Counted from the stretch's first letter, positions 12,766 to 24,918 are shown. The stretch is DNA of 64,000 bases from Felis catus (GCF_018350175.1 NC_058372.1:14632001-14696000); one strand, 5' to 3'. Notes: generated by a model not told the origin, from the sequence alone. A program made the numbers and translations.

Positions 12766-14399
12766 TCTTCTGGCCAATTCTCTCTCTGAGCCTTAGTTCC
12801 CCCATCTGTGAAATGGGACTAAGACGGCTCTGTCAGAGGAAGCATCTGGTTGATTCTAGTACAATCTTTGCCCACCGGGCACTGCAGTCAGTGTGATACA
12901 CTCAACACAAATCCAGGGTCGCCTGAAATACATTCGCATCAGCCCGAGGAGCTCAAGCCAATCTCAAGAGGGGCCCATCGCAGAGGATGAATTGTCCTTT
13001 GTCAGGGGAGGCACAAGGGGACGAGTGCCGTGCAGGCTGAGACTGTTTGCATTACAGTGGGAGCCAGATAGTCCTCACAGAAAATCGGGGCAGGCACCCA
13101 GGGCCCTGTACGATGCCCCCCTCTTTCATCTTGCTACTGGCAGATGGGCAGTGACTCACAGAGCCAACCCTTGAAAGAAAGGAATGGGTTCTACCAGCTG
13201 GTGTTTAAGGAACAAAAGAAAAAAAAAAGAATGAAAAAATAAGGCTCCTGTAAATGTGCTAGCAATACCAAGGCAGGTTTTGGACATCCTTCCCATATCC
13301 CCACACACTCCCCTCAGGCTGACCTGTGCCTCCATTTATGCTTAGCTTCACATCTATGGAAATTTGGAGTGTTCCTGTCGGTGTGCACGTGTGTGTAGAG
13401 AAATTCGTGTCTGGGATGCAGCAAAACATTCTTCTCCGAGTTCTGCGTGTCACTTACTCTATCTGGTGTTCGCTGTTGGAGAGAAGATTGACTGTCATGG
13501 CGACAGCTTTGCTCGCCAAGCCCGGCATGTTCAGCCAGTCAGAAGGACGCATTTATGGGCATGAGTTTGAAAATGGAAATTAGGTCAGTTGGGTTTCTAA
13601 CCTGCAGAATCGGTCTTGTTATTCTATAGTCATCCACTGGGGACCCAACAGAACACAGTTCCTGGTAGCTATGGGCTTGTCTTTCCTTCTGAAGTGGCCA
13701 TAGATAGGCCAGTGGTTTAGCCAGGAGCCATAGCATCTGTGCAGGTTGGGAGACCACACATTCTCTGACTCATGAGTGCCTTTCAGCCTCCAGTAAGGTG
13801 TCAGGTCAAAGACCTCAAGAGGATTGGCCAACCTTTCAGAGGAAGAGAAGCACGGCTGGTCAGAGAGGAGATGCTCTGTCCCGGAGGGTCTCCGGTCCTC
13901 CCCTAAGCCCAGATGCACTTGCTTCACACTGGAACCCCTCACGTGCACTGGCCACTGCTACAGGACAGGCAGAAATGGATGAAGAGAGTAAGAATTGATC
14001 AATCCTCACCTTCATTCATTCTTGGCCATCCCTAGGATCTAATGTACTAAATGGCCGTGGCCATTCTTACCTTCTTGCCAATGGTTCCTTCACTGGGTGG
14101 GGAGGGAGTTGGATTTCCCAGAATTTTTTTTTGTTAACTCATGATCCCCAGAACTCAGAGTCCCCCACCAGAAATATGTGTGTGCTGCACCCAAGCTTTC
14201 TTAAAAGGGAGCTGGACCCTTGAAGGCTGTGTCTCAAAGGCAGAAGCCAAACGGGGAAGAGAATGTGTGTATCTGTTTGTGGTTTAGAAGGTCGGAGACT
14301 CCATTTCTTTCCTCTGGAGCCTGGAAAAGGCTTTCTGCGCCTTTCTCAAGGAGCGTTTCATTTGTGGGTGAGAGGCATTTGTTTATGTTAACGGCAGCG

Positions 14400-14436
14400 T
14401 ATAAAATTAAGTGAGTGGCTGGTTATTTCACTTCCA
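14400..14436 (+). promoter_or_regulatory. Candidate TATA+Inr core promoter
   Basis: TATAAAA at 14400-14406, 30 nt before the A (14430) of Inr-like TCACTTC; forkhead-type TGTTTAT at ~14380-14386. Confidence 0.35.
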
Positions 14437-14799
14437 GCACTCAGAGCTCTTACATCGTGCAGTTATTCACAGAGTGTACTTTGTTATTTGTTTTCTTTTT
14501 ATTCTCCAGGGGGATTTTAATGAGGTTAACTCTCCATTATTCAGGTGATCCAGTTTGTTTGTGGCAGCTGAGTTGGGCCCAGAGTAGAGAGTAGCTGGAA
14601 GCAGGCAGGTGACAGAGGTGCCATGACGGAGGAGGAGGGTTTGTCGGGACCAGTGATTGAGGAAACGAAGAAGAGGGATAAAGGGCCAAGGGACCGGGTG
14701 TCAGGCTTGTTGACCGATTTGCTATGGAACCCCAAGAGCGAGCAAATAAATAACCCCACAGTTGCCAAGTGTAGGGTTGCCTTCACATCACTGAAACGT

Positions 14800-15085
14800 C
14801 ACGCAACCCGCCCACAGAATTGTAAATATTCCACTAGCCATGTTAAAAAAAAGTTAAAAGGGATAGATGAGTAATATTACTATTTTGAGAAATTTTTCAT
14901 GTGACCCAGTAGGTCCAAAACACCATCGCGTGAAGTTAATTTCTGGCTCCTTTTCTTTTTTCACGCTAAGTCTTTGGGACCTAGTGGGTGTTTTCCACTT
15001 ACAGCACGCTGCGTCACAGATTAGCCCCATTCTGGGCATTCAGTAGCCACACGTGGCCGGTGGCCACGGTAATGGTCAGCAAGAG
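14800..15085. mobile_element. MER33-like hAT-Charlie element
   Basis: actagccatgttaaaaaaaag...cacttacagcac...agtagccacacgtggccggtggccac. Confidence 0.6.
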
Positions 15086-15713
15086 CTGAGAGGACTAGAA
15101 GGAGGTAATGAGCGACACATGGGAAAGAATCCTTTGTCCACAGAAGAGTTTCATAAGCTTTCGCCATGTTATGTTTTGGATCATTGTGGGATGCCCAAGA
15201 GATGGCCAGAAGGAAATTAGATGTGGAACCTGCGGTCGGGTGGGAGCGGGGGAAGCAGATAGAGAAGACCGATTGGTGAAGGCAGGTTGGGGGTAATAAA
15301 AAAAAAAAAAGAAAGAAACCTATGTTTCTGAAATACATGTTGTGTGAATGCCCAGGCACTGGTCTTCATTAAGATTTAGCATCTTGACAGATGCACCCAT
15401 AAGAATCAGGGTCTAGGCCTGTCCAAAGAGAGCAGACTTCCCCTAAAGCTAGAAGTATTGGGGGGATATTACTGCCTATCTGCCACCTTCCGAGTCATTC
15501 CCTCGTCCGGGATACATCAAGGATTCAGGTACGAGTGCTTTGCAGGTGAATCATCTGACGCTCTAGCTGTTAAGTGCCTGACCTCATTGCCAATGACTGT
15601 CACCTCCACTCTTCTCCAGCCATGGTCCCATGTATTCTAGAGGGAATCTCCAGCATGCTACTTTCCTGCCGTATAAGCATCGATTCCTTATGAGCATTGA
15701 TTCCATTTCCAAA

Positions 15714-15731
15714 TCTCTCTCTCTCTCTCTA

Positions 15732-15762
<31 letters not shown>

Positions 15763-15780
15763 CACACACATACACACACA
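15714..15780. repeat. Compound (CT)n(CA)n microsatellite
   Basis: Seen directly. Confidence 0.9.
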
Positions 15781-15829
15781 AGAAATACACAGCAGTTCCC
15801 CAATCCTTTTATTCAAAAAAGAAATATTT

Positions 15830-16790
15830 TTTATTTTATATTATACAAATGTTTAAATTAAAACATTGTATTAAAATATATATGTTAAAATGTCAAAAGG
15901 CACAGAAGCGTATAAACAGAAAATAGATGTATTCTTAAGTATTCGCAGCTATGTTTTTCTATTTCATATCAAATAAGGATTTTCCATGCCTTATCATACC
16001 ATACCATATCATTTTCTATAATCTGCTTTTTCTCTTAAGTGTGTATCATGGACACACATCTCCACGTCATCCTTTTTTTTTTTAATGTTTATTTATTGTT
16101 GAGAGAGAGAGAAAAAGCACGAGTGGGGTAGGGGCAGAGAGACAGGGAGAGACAGCATCTGAAGCAGGCTCTAGGCTCTGAGCTGTCAGCACAGAGCCTG
16201 ACATGTGGCTTGAACTCACAGACCGAGAGATCATGACCTGAGCCAAAGTCGGAGGCTTAACCAACTCAGCCACCCAGGCGCCCCTCTTTTTTGCTGCTAT
16301 AAATGCAACAAATGCTCCTACACACACCCTGCACAGTTGTCATTTTTGTTCCTTAGGGAAACAGTTTTACGGTGAAGTTGTACCGTTACCAATATGAACA
16401 TTTGACAGGTCTCAAGAAACATTGAGCCTTCTGGGAGGCTTATATTCATCTATATTCTTTTCAACCACTTCTTGAGAGTTGTGTTTCCTAACTCCATACC
16501 AACACTGGTTATTTTCATTCTTTTCAATTTTGTCAATCCAATAGGTCTAAACTACCTTATTATGTATTACATTTTTGCTTCTTTGATTATGGGTGAAACA
16601 GAGCACCTTCAAATATGTGTTAAACATTTGTATTTCTTTCTCTGGGGATTGCCTGTTCCTCTTTTTTGCCCATTTCTATACTGAGGTGTTGTCCTCGTCT
16701 CACTAACTGAATGATAGGAGTATGTTGCCTATAATATACCCTGCAGATATTTTCTAATTGTTTACTTTTGACTTTGAGTGCATTTGCTTA
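15830..16790 (-). mobile_element. Ancient L1 (L1ME-like) 3' fragment
   Basis: ttttttgctgctataaat, ccaacactggttatt, tttgattatgggtga...catttgtatttc...ttgcccattttcta. Confidence 0.65.
16073..16284 (-). mobile_element. CanSINE inserted in L1ME
   Basis: Full element. Confidence 0.92.
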
Positions 16791-17073
16791 ATCTTTCCAT
16801 TGCTGTTGAAATCAGATCAAAATAATCATGTGGAGAGGCGGGAGTGGAAAATCGGAAGAAGATGTGACTGTGGGAAGAAATAATTCAGTGCTTTCCCTTA
16901 GTGATTAAATGACCTAAAGGAAATACATGGGAGCAATGTGAAGATGTATATCTGGCATGAATCTCATTTTATTAAAAAAAGTACAAATTTGTATTTTACA
17001 CCAGTAAATGACTGAATCTTTAAACTCTAAAAAGATGAAAAAATAAAGGATAGTTTCTCTTCCAGAAATGATT

Positions 17074-17136
17074 TTAAGTTTATTTATTTTAAGAGAGAGA
17101 GAGTGTGTGCACAAGCAGAGGAGGGGCAGAGAAGAA

Positions 17137-17184
<48 letters not shown>

Positions 17185-17306
17185 CCCAAGCAGGCTCCAC
17201 ACTGTCAGTGCAGAGCTTGATGTGGGGCTCAAACTCATAAATCATTAGATCACAACCTGAGCCCAAGTCAGACGCTTAACCAACTGAGCCACCACCCAGG
17301 CGCCCC
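17074..17306 (-). mobile_element. CanSINE, older type
   Basis: 16-bp TSD tcttccagaaatgatt; long (GA)n. Confidence 0.93.
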
Positions 17307-17499
17307 TCTTCCAGAAATGATTCTGATTTCTCTTCAGAGAAATGCCAGCTGGGGTCTAGAAAGGAAGATGGTCTTGGAAAAAGAACTTTGCTCCTTTAGA
17401 ATTAATGATAATAACCACTGGAAATACTTCACAGTTTAAACAAGTTTCTCCAACATCATCCCTTTTCTCACAGATGAGGCTAGTTAAGAATGGCATTTG

Positions 17500-17727
17500 G
17501 GGGCGCCTGGGTGGCGCAGCCGGTTAAGCGTCCGACTTCAGCCAGGTCACGATCTCGCGGTCCGTGAGTTCGAGCCCCGCGTCAGGCTCTGGGCTGATGG
17601 CTCAGAGCCTGGAGCCTGTTTCCGATTCTGTGTCTCCCTCTCTCTCTGCCCCTCCCCCGTTCATGCTCTGTCTCTCTCTGTCCCAAAAATAAATAAACGT
17701 TGAAAAAAAAATTTTTTTTTAAAAAAA
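17500..17727 (+). mobile_element. CanSINE, young-looking SINEC_Fc variant
   Basis: ggtggcgcag...cttcagccaggtcacg...gtcccaaaaa; TSD aagaatggcatttg. Confidence 0.96.
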
Positions 17728-18296
17728 AAGAATGGCATTTGTTCCAGAATCATTTGTAAGTATCTACTCTATGCTAAGTGCTTCTGGAAAAGGAATAACT
17801 CTTTGCCAATTGGCAGTGAGGGCAAGAGCATAATGAAGTCAGGTATTACTCTGAAGAGCGTGGGCCCAGTAACTACAGAAGAGTCAATTAGCACAGCCCT
17901 GTGACGATACTGAACACACAGGGGCAGGGCAGTGCCTCCAGAATGCTAGAGACAGGTGTGGAGCGACGAAGGACTGAGTCTACCGCAAGGATCCGAGCAG
18001 TCTTCAGCAGAGGCAATCTTCAAGCTGACTTTGGAGAGAAATGTAGTCACATTATCCAGACGCTAAGAAAGCAGATTTCAAATAGTTCAGAGGAGAGATA
18101 GATACGATTGCAAAGATCAGGAATTCTGGAAGCACTACCATGTTCAAGATGCTCTGCTAAGTGGATAGTTTGAGATACAAAAATATAAATAGTGAGAACG
18201 CTCCATACACAGACCATAAAATGACAAAGAGTACAGGAACCAGCACATTGGTACCCATGGTTTCAGTATCGGCCAGCCTCTGACATGACTCCTTTT

Positions 18297-18522
18297 TTTA
18301 TTTTTTTTCTGAATATTTTTAATGTTTATTTTTGAGACAGAGACAGAGGGCAAGCTGGGGATGGGGCAGAGAGAGAGGGAGAGGGAGACACAAAACCAAA
18401 GCAGGCTCCAGGCTCTGAGCTGTCAGCACAGAGCCCAACGTGGGGCTCGAACTCACGGGACTGCAAGATCATGACCTGAGCCGAAGTCGGTCGCCTAACC
18501 GACTGAGCCACCCAGGCACCCC
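18297..18522 (-). mobile_element. CanSINE
   Basis: TSD tgaYatgactcctttt. Confidence 0.93.
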
Positions 18523-18574
18523 TGATATGACTCCTTTTCAAATAAGATGTATTTTCAAGCTACAATAATAATGG

Positions 18575-19050
18575 CTCTCGCTTACGTGGCCCTTTTCACT
18601 TTCCAAGCTCTGTTTCAAGCACCTTACGTGTAATAGCTCATTTAATCCTCTAAACAGCCCAAGTCTCCCTTTTGCCTGTAAGGGAATCGAGGCGCAGAGA
18701 GTTTAAGCCACTTACCCAACCAAGGCTGTTTAGCTCACCGGGGATGGGGTGGAAATTTGAACCTGAGCTGAGATGTGAACCCAGCCACTCAGACTGCATC
18801 ATTTGTGTTCATGATCACTATTCTCCAAGCGGATACATTTATTGAGCATTTACTATGTTGCAGGTCTGTGCTAAGCACTTAGATGTTTAATCTCAACTGC
18901 CCTAACTCTGTGAGGCTATGGGGTTGATACTCTAATTCCCCCACCTTTAATAGATGAAGAAACCGGGCATTAGAGTTTATTTGCTTGCCCAGGGTTCACA
19001 AAGGAAGAAGAGGGACAGAAATTTGCACCCTGGGAGTATGACCCTGGAGA
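18575..19050 (-). mobile_element. Two adjacent MIR fragments
   Basis: ctcatttaatcctc...gaggcgcagagagtttaag and atttattgagcatttactatg...agatgaagaaaccgggc. Confidence 0.65.
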
Positions 19051-19262
19051 GAGCCAGAGCTCATAGCTTGATCACGGAAGTATACGCTGCAGAAGGGAAG
19101 GAAGGGATGGTCTCACGGCCATTGGCACTGGACCTACGCACCTGCTGTTACAGTACCCCGAAGCCCCAAAGCAAGTGAATATTCAAAGAACCGTCAGTAA
19201 GCATGAGGAAGGTTCCAGGATCTGGAGGCGACAGATTTAGGTAAAAGGAAACTGGAGGGGAG

Positions 19263-19468
19263 GAGGGCGCCTGGATGGCTCAGTCGGATAAGTGTCCAAC
19301 TTCAGCTTGGGTCATGATCTCGCAGTCAATGAGTTCAAGCTCCGCGTCGGGCTCTGCGCCGACAGCTCAGAGCCTGGAACCTGCTTCGGATTCTGTGTCT
19401 CCCTCTGTCTCTGCTCCTCCCCCGCTCCCACTCTGTCTTGCTCTGTCTCTCACAAATAGATCAACATG
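19263..19468 (+). mobile_element. CanSINE
   Basis: Body recognisable; flanking repeat aaaggaaactgg. Confidence 0.9.
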
Positions 19469-19944
19469 AAAGGAAACTGGGGAAAGGGGCATATGAATGT
19501 CCTAATTTTCTCAAGAGCTGTCAAAGAGAGATGGGACTTATTCCCCCACGGCCTCAGAGGCGGGAATGAAGAGGGGTTTTCCAAGAGTAAACTCATCAAT
19601 GGAACAGAGTCGTGAGTCCCTTGGTGCCAGAGATTTTTGAGAAAAAGCCGGGGAAAGAAAATGTCAGAAAGTTTAGAGAGGGGAATTCTGCATTGGAAGC
19701 AGAGCTGGTGTAGTAAGTTGCTTCTAAGGTCACCCTTCTGTTAGCTTATGGAATCTTAATCATCTTCAAACATACTCAGTGCCTTTTAAGAAAATTAATA
19801 TATGACCAAGTGGAGACACAGGAAGTTCCTTCAAAGCTCTCCAGCCAGCGTTCTCTTAGCTAGTGGTTGCATGTTTTTAGCAACGCCTTGGTGCATGGGG
19901 TTCATAATCACGATCCTCAGGAAATAAAAGTGCCTTCCATATTT

Positions 19945-20168
19945 GTTTTAATTTTTTTTTAATGTTGATTCAGTTTTTTGAGAGAGAGAGAGACAGCCTG
20001 AGAGGGAACGGGAGACAGACAGAGAGACAGGGAGACACAGAATCCATAGCAGGCTCCAGGCTCTGAGCTGTCGGCACAGAGCCTGACGTGGGGCTCGAGC
20101 CCGGGAATTGTGAGATCCTGACCTGAGCCAAAGTTGGAGGCTTAACCGACCGAGCCACCCAGGGGCCC
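19945..20168 (-). mobile_element. CanSINE
   Basis: Full element. Confidence 0.9.
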
Positions 20169-20663
20169 TACTAACAGCTCACTTTTAACCAGGATATGTG
20201 ATTAACCCGGATGACCCAGGCTCTACCTGTGACAAATAGCAAATGTTCTGGAACAGTCCCTCAAGGAGAAGACTGAACGGGGTCAAGTCTGAAGCAGTTT
20301 CCCAGCGGGAACCCAGAGGCAGCACCGCCCCTGTCCATTTCCTCCGCTGGCCACGCCCAGGTCCCAGGGATTATTATCTAAGTGTCGGCCCATGGGTTAT
20401 TTAGCTGTTTCGGGGATCGGAGCACTCCGGCTTGTGAGTTCGACCGCCAGGAGCCTCCAAAACACAGCTAGTGCTCACCATGCACGTGGTCCCCAAAGCA
20501 CAAAAGGTTTCTTCTTCCTTAGGATTGCCTGATGGCCTGGGCATGGATACTAAGAGAGAGATGGTGACACCAGCTTCAAAGGTAATCCCCACCGACCCCA
20601 GCAAGGTGCCCCAAATAGAATTCTTCCCGAAGGCCAGTAGTTCACTTGACTCAGAGAGCTTCT

Positions 20664-20905
20664 TTTTTTTTTTTTTTATTTAAAAAAAAAAAATTTTTTT
20701 TTTACGTTTATTTATTTTTGAGACAGAGAGAGACAGAGCATGAACGGGGGAGGGGCAGAGAGAGAGGGAGACACAGAATTGGAAGCAGGCTCCAGGCTCC
20801 AAGCCATCAGCCCAGAGCCCGACGCGAGGCTCGAACTCACGGACCGCGAGATCGTGACCTGAGCTGAAGTCGGACACTCAACCGACTGAGCCACCCAGGC
20901 GCCCC
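20664..20905 (-). mobile_element. CanSINE (SINEC_Fc-like)
   Basis: Perfect 18-bp TSD ttgactcagagagcttct. Confidence 0.96.
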
Positions 20906-21474
20906 TTGACTCAGAGAGCTTCTAACGCCACTGTCTGCTTTGAGGGGGGAGGGGGGCGTGAACACAGCCAGAACTGTGCACTGCAAATCCCTACGTCATT
21001 ACCTTTCCTACCTGGCTGCTCTCATCATCACCTATGAACTTTGAGGACTCACCCTGTTAGGGCTGGCTGGTCGCACAGCACTCTGTCGTCACTCCACTCC
21101 TGGGACTGGCCTGAAGAAATCCTTTCCTGTGCCCCGGAAGGAACGTGAGCCGCCCCAACGAGAGGAGCCCGATGGCCTGGATGGGGGGCGGGGGGCAGAG
21201 TGGGCTTGCTGCTGGGTCCTCTGCCACTCCGGGGCCGGCTCTGCCGTCGCACGATTGTGCCAGGGCTCTGCACACACAGCCGTGCTCCAGGGAAGATGTG
21301 GTGGCCTGCAGAACTGTGTCCTGGTCCCAGGTCTGCACTTTCTGGGTGGTCCCGGGGCTGTGCGGCGTGTTTCCTCAGCTGGGACACAAGAGCGATAAGC
21401 ACTCCCTGGCTGCAACGTGGAGACAAAAAGGGACAAATGGGTACGGAACACCTTTGCGAGCTGAGAAACACGCC

Positions 21475-21869
21475 ACCATGGAAAACAAGTGATGTGCAAC
21501 CTTCAAATGGGAGGAAATGGGGACACACACTCCGCGGCGGGTGAACCTTGCCGTTCCGCGAGTGAAAGAAACCAGTCCCAAAAGAAATCGCTCCCCGTGG
21601 CTACCCATTCAGACAAGGAATCAAGAAATAAATGCCTGGATGAGGAGAAAAAAGTTCCAAAGGAATATTCCGTATTCCAAAATCTCTCATGGAAGTCTCT
21701 TGTAAATTTCAGAGATGCCGCGTAATATAGAACGGAAAAGGAGTGGGGCGCCCGGGTGGCTCAGTGGGTTGAGGGTCCAACTCTTGGTTTCAGCCCAGGT
21801 CATGATCCCAGGGCCGTGGGATTGAACCCCACGCCCTGGGATCTGCACTGAGTGTGGAGCCTGCTTAAG

Positions 21870-21904
<35 letters not shown>

Positions 21905-21996
21905 GCTAAATAAACATTTAAAAAAAATCTTTTTTAAATGCTTAAGATAATAAATTTCATGTTATGTGCATTTTACCACAACTTAAAAAAAAAAAA
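21475..21996 (+). mobile_element. L1MB-like 3' end fragments with poly(A), SINE in between
   Basis: gtgaaagaaaccagtcccaaaag and terminus aaatttcatgttatgtgcattttaccacaacttaaaaaaa. Confidence 0.6.
21745..21929 (+). mobile_element. CanSINE, older type
   Basis: Head, (CT)n, A-tail; no clear TSD. Confidence 0.9.
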
Positions 21997-23139
21997 TAGG
22001 AGCACATCACGTGCTCCCAGAGACCCTTTTGTTGGAGAGCAGTTTGCGAGACTTACATACGCTAAACACTCGATCAGAGTTTCTGGAATTGAAAGACTAT
22101 CGGCTGCTTCAACCTCTCCCGGAGGGACGTCAGCGAAGGAAAAGTCCTGCAGCCAGAGAAGAGAGCTCTGACTGGATGATGAAGAAATCTCTGACGACAA
22201 AGGGACAGCAGGGCCCTCCAAGTGTCAGGGAGCAAAGGACAAGGGCTGGGACCACCACCGAACCCCTCAGCTTCCGGGGTTTTCTACCTCTGCTCCTGTT
22301 ACCTCAGCCCTCCTCATCCAGAAGACACACTCCCGGGAACAAGGAGCAACTTGCTCCTGCCAAACAGCTGGAAAGACACCACAGGCTCCTGCTTCGTGAG
22401 GGTCCTTTCTTTGGTCCCCTCCCCGCCCCCTCAGCAGACCTCAGCGCCTCCTTCATGGAGAACGGACAGACCCCCCCTAAGTCAACCCCCTAGGTCACCA
22501 ACTTATCTGCCTAGGAACCTTCCCTCTGGCCTCCAGACGCTCTTGATGAGGTGGCTTGAGCCAGGGTCAACCCCAGGCAGCCACGCTTCGGCTCCTGAAG
22601 CCAATGGTACCTCCCGGCACTCACGTCTGCAACCACCGTCCATCCTCTCTGCCTTCTTCAGCCTCTCTTCTCTCTGTTGTTACAACATCTCGGCCTCCTG
22701 GACTTCCCCGTAGCTCTCAGACCTCCAGTCTACTGGCCCAGCCATCTCGGTGCTAACGAACCTCCTGCCCGGATTCCACTTCTGAACCGTGGACTTTTTT
22801 GTACCTCAGAGCCTGTTGAGGCTGACCATTTGAGGCCTTGAAGCACCTCCTGCTACTCCCATTCTCCGGGCATTTCAATGAGTAGCACCACCCGCCTCCC
22901 AGGTGCAAAAGGCAGAACCTCGAAGTCACCCATAGCTTTCCTTCCCTCACCCCCATATCTGAATCCAATTATTTGTATCTCCTGAGCGCCTGTGGGATCC
23001 ACTGACTCCCTTCAGCCACGTCCCCACTATCTGCTGTGGCCTGTGTGGGGGCAACAGTCTGACACGGCTCCAGCCGGAAGCCTCTGTTTGGGGCAGGGGC
23101 CCAGCAGCTGCCACGCTGACCCGGGACTCCTGAAGAGTC

Positions 23140-23550
23140 CCTACGTACAAAGGTTCTTGGCAGGGTTAAGAGCAACCAACACAGGACAGAGAGGGAGCTG
23201 GGGCTGGCCACGGTGGGCAGCCTTAGGGGCCTGGACCTGAAGGGAGCTGCTTTTCGGTATCGCTAGAGAGAGAGTGATAGCTGGGAGAAGGGTCTGCCAG
23301 GCGGGGGCTTGGCCACAGTCGGGAAGAGAGCCGCTACCAACCTGAGGCCACGGTGGGGAGAGACTGGGGAACAGATACCCTGACTTCTCCCTCTTCCCGC
23401 CCTCCCGCCTCCTGGGGGCTGAACCCCCGGGGAAATCGGAGGGCAGGGTCGCCTATTGTTCCCGCTCCATCATCTCAGCCTATTGGGACATAGAGGATGG
23501 AGAAAGGCAGCAAGCGGGTCTGGAGAGACAAACAGAAAACCCCCAGCGTA
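23140..23550 (-). mobile_element. ERVL LTR33-like solo LTR
   Basis: ccctgacttctccctcttccc...ggagggcaggg...tcagcct...gggtctggagagacaaacagaaaaccccagc. Confidence 0.55.
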
Positions 23551-23744
23551 TCCTCTATCACTCAGTCTCCGTACTGCAGCTCCAACGACTTTTCTATAGC
23601 ACAGATCTGACCTTGCTGTCCCTACATGTGCCCCAGGATGATGGGGGAGGCTGTTAGCATCATCCCTGCAGGGGGCTCCTGCCTAAATCTCCGGCCACAC
23701 ACCACCCTCCCCACCACTGGCTGTGTCCCCCACCTTGACCACTC

Positions 23745-23748
<4 letters not shown>

Positions 23749-23790
<42 letters not shown>
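23749..23790. repeat. (CT)n microsatellite, ~21 units
   Basis: Seen directly. Confidence 0.95.
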
Positions 23791-23792
<2 letters not shown>

Positions 23793-24602
23793 CTCCGGTA
23801 GTTCTGAATCTCTAGGCAATGCCTCTTGGGTCTCTGCACCCCTTTCCTTACCAACTTCTTCCACTGGTCAGTTGTCACTTCAGTGGTGGCCTCCTCCAGG
23901 CAGCCTTCCCTACCCATCCACGTATGGGGTTGAGCACCCCCCACCCCCGCCAGGACTCAGCTCTCTTCCTTCACACCCCTGCAGAGGCACATGGTACTCG
24001 CCCATCAAACATTCTTGGTTTTGCCTATTTAGTGTCCATTTCTCCCAGAGACCAGAAACATACGAAAAGCAAAGACCAGCAGCCCCGAGATTTGCACCGC
24101 ACCTGGCATGGAGACTTTCGCTTCATATCTGCGGAGTCCGTGAGTGCTTACGAAAAGCCTGTGACATCGATATTCTTCTCTCATTCTTTCTATAACTGAG
24201 GACGCTGGGATCTGGAGACGTTGAATGACTTGTCCAAAGTCACAAAGCTGGCTCAAGATGAAGCTCAAATTCCTTGCTGGGATTCCATCCTACCTTCCTA
24301 GGTGGTCTACCAAGGATGCCAATGGGCTACCAGAAAACTGTGTTGTTGCTTTGCCCTGATGTGCCCCAAGTGCCCAGAAGTCTAGGCTCCTTTGCCTACA
24401 GGTATCAGCCCCTCTTCCGCAAAAAGCCCACAGGATGCAGCCAGCAGTCTCCAAGTTTCCTTCTTTCTGCTGGTTTCTCTGGCAACAAGTCAAGAAGCAA
24501 GGACTGATCTGGGGAAACAGTGTCAGAGAGTTTGAGTAGGAGCATCGTAAGAGCAAATGAATGCTCCTTCTGGAAACGTGAGAGAGAATGAGAGAGCAAG
24601 AG

Positions 24603-24606
<4 letters not shown>

Positions 24607-24651
<45 letters not shown>
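24607..24651. repeat. (AG)n microsatellite, ~22 units
   Basis: Seen directly. Confidence 0.95.
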
Positions 24652-24654
<3 letters not shown>

Positions 24655-24875
24655 AGTCACTAGAACTCCGTGTCCCGACTCCCAGAGTTAGTCCAACCAC
24701 ATGCCTTACCCAGCAGAGCTATTTTTACATCATACCTGCCTTGTGCAAAAGTCCAGTTGCCCTTGCAACAGATATACATACTCTTGATTTATTTCCTCAA
24801 AACATATGAGGGCTGACGTCCGGGATGGCGAGACGTCGGGGGGGGGGACGCTGAGAAGCAAACGCAATACCACCT

Positions 24876-24877
<2 letters not shown>

Positions 24878-24916
<39 letters not shown>
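24878..24916. repeat. (TG)n microsatellite, ~19 units
   Basis: Seen directly. Confidence 0.95.

Positions 24917-24918
<2 letters not shown>

Noticed and set aside
17497-17703. Recurrent ORF family (GAPGWRSRLSVRLQPG..., AQSVKRPTSAQVMISRS..., ERGRGRERGRHRI...)
   Set aside because: These are translations of CanSINE bodies in different frames, not a protein family.
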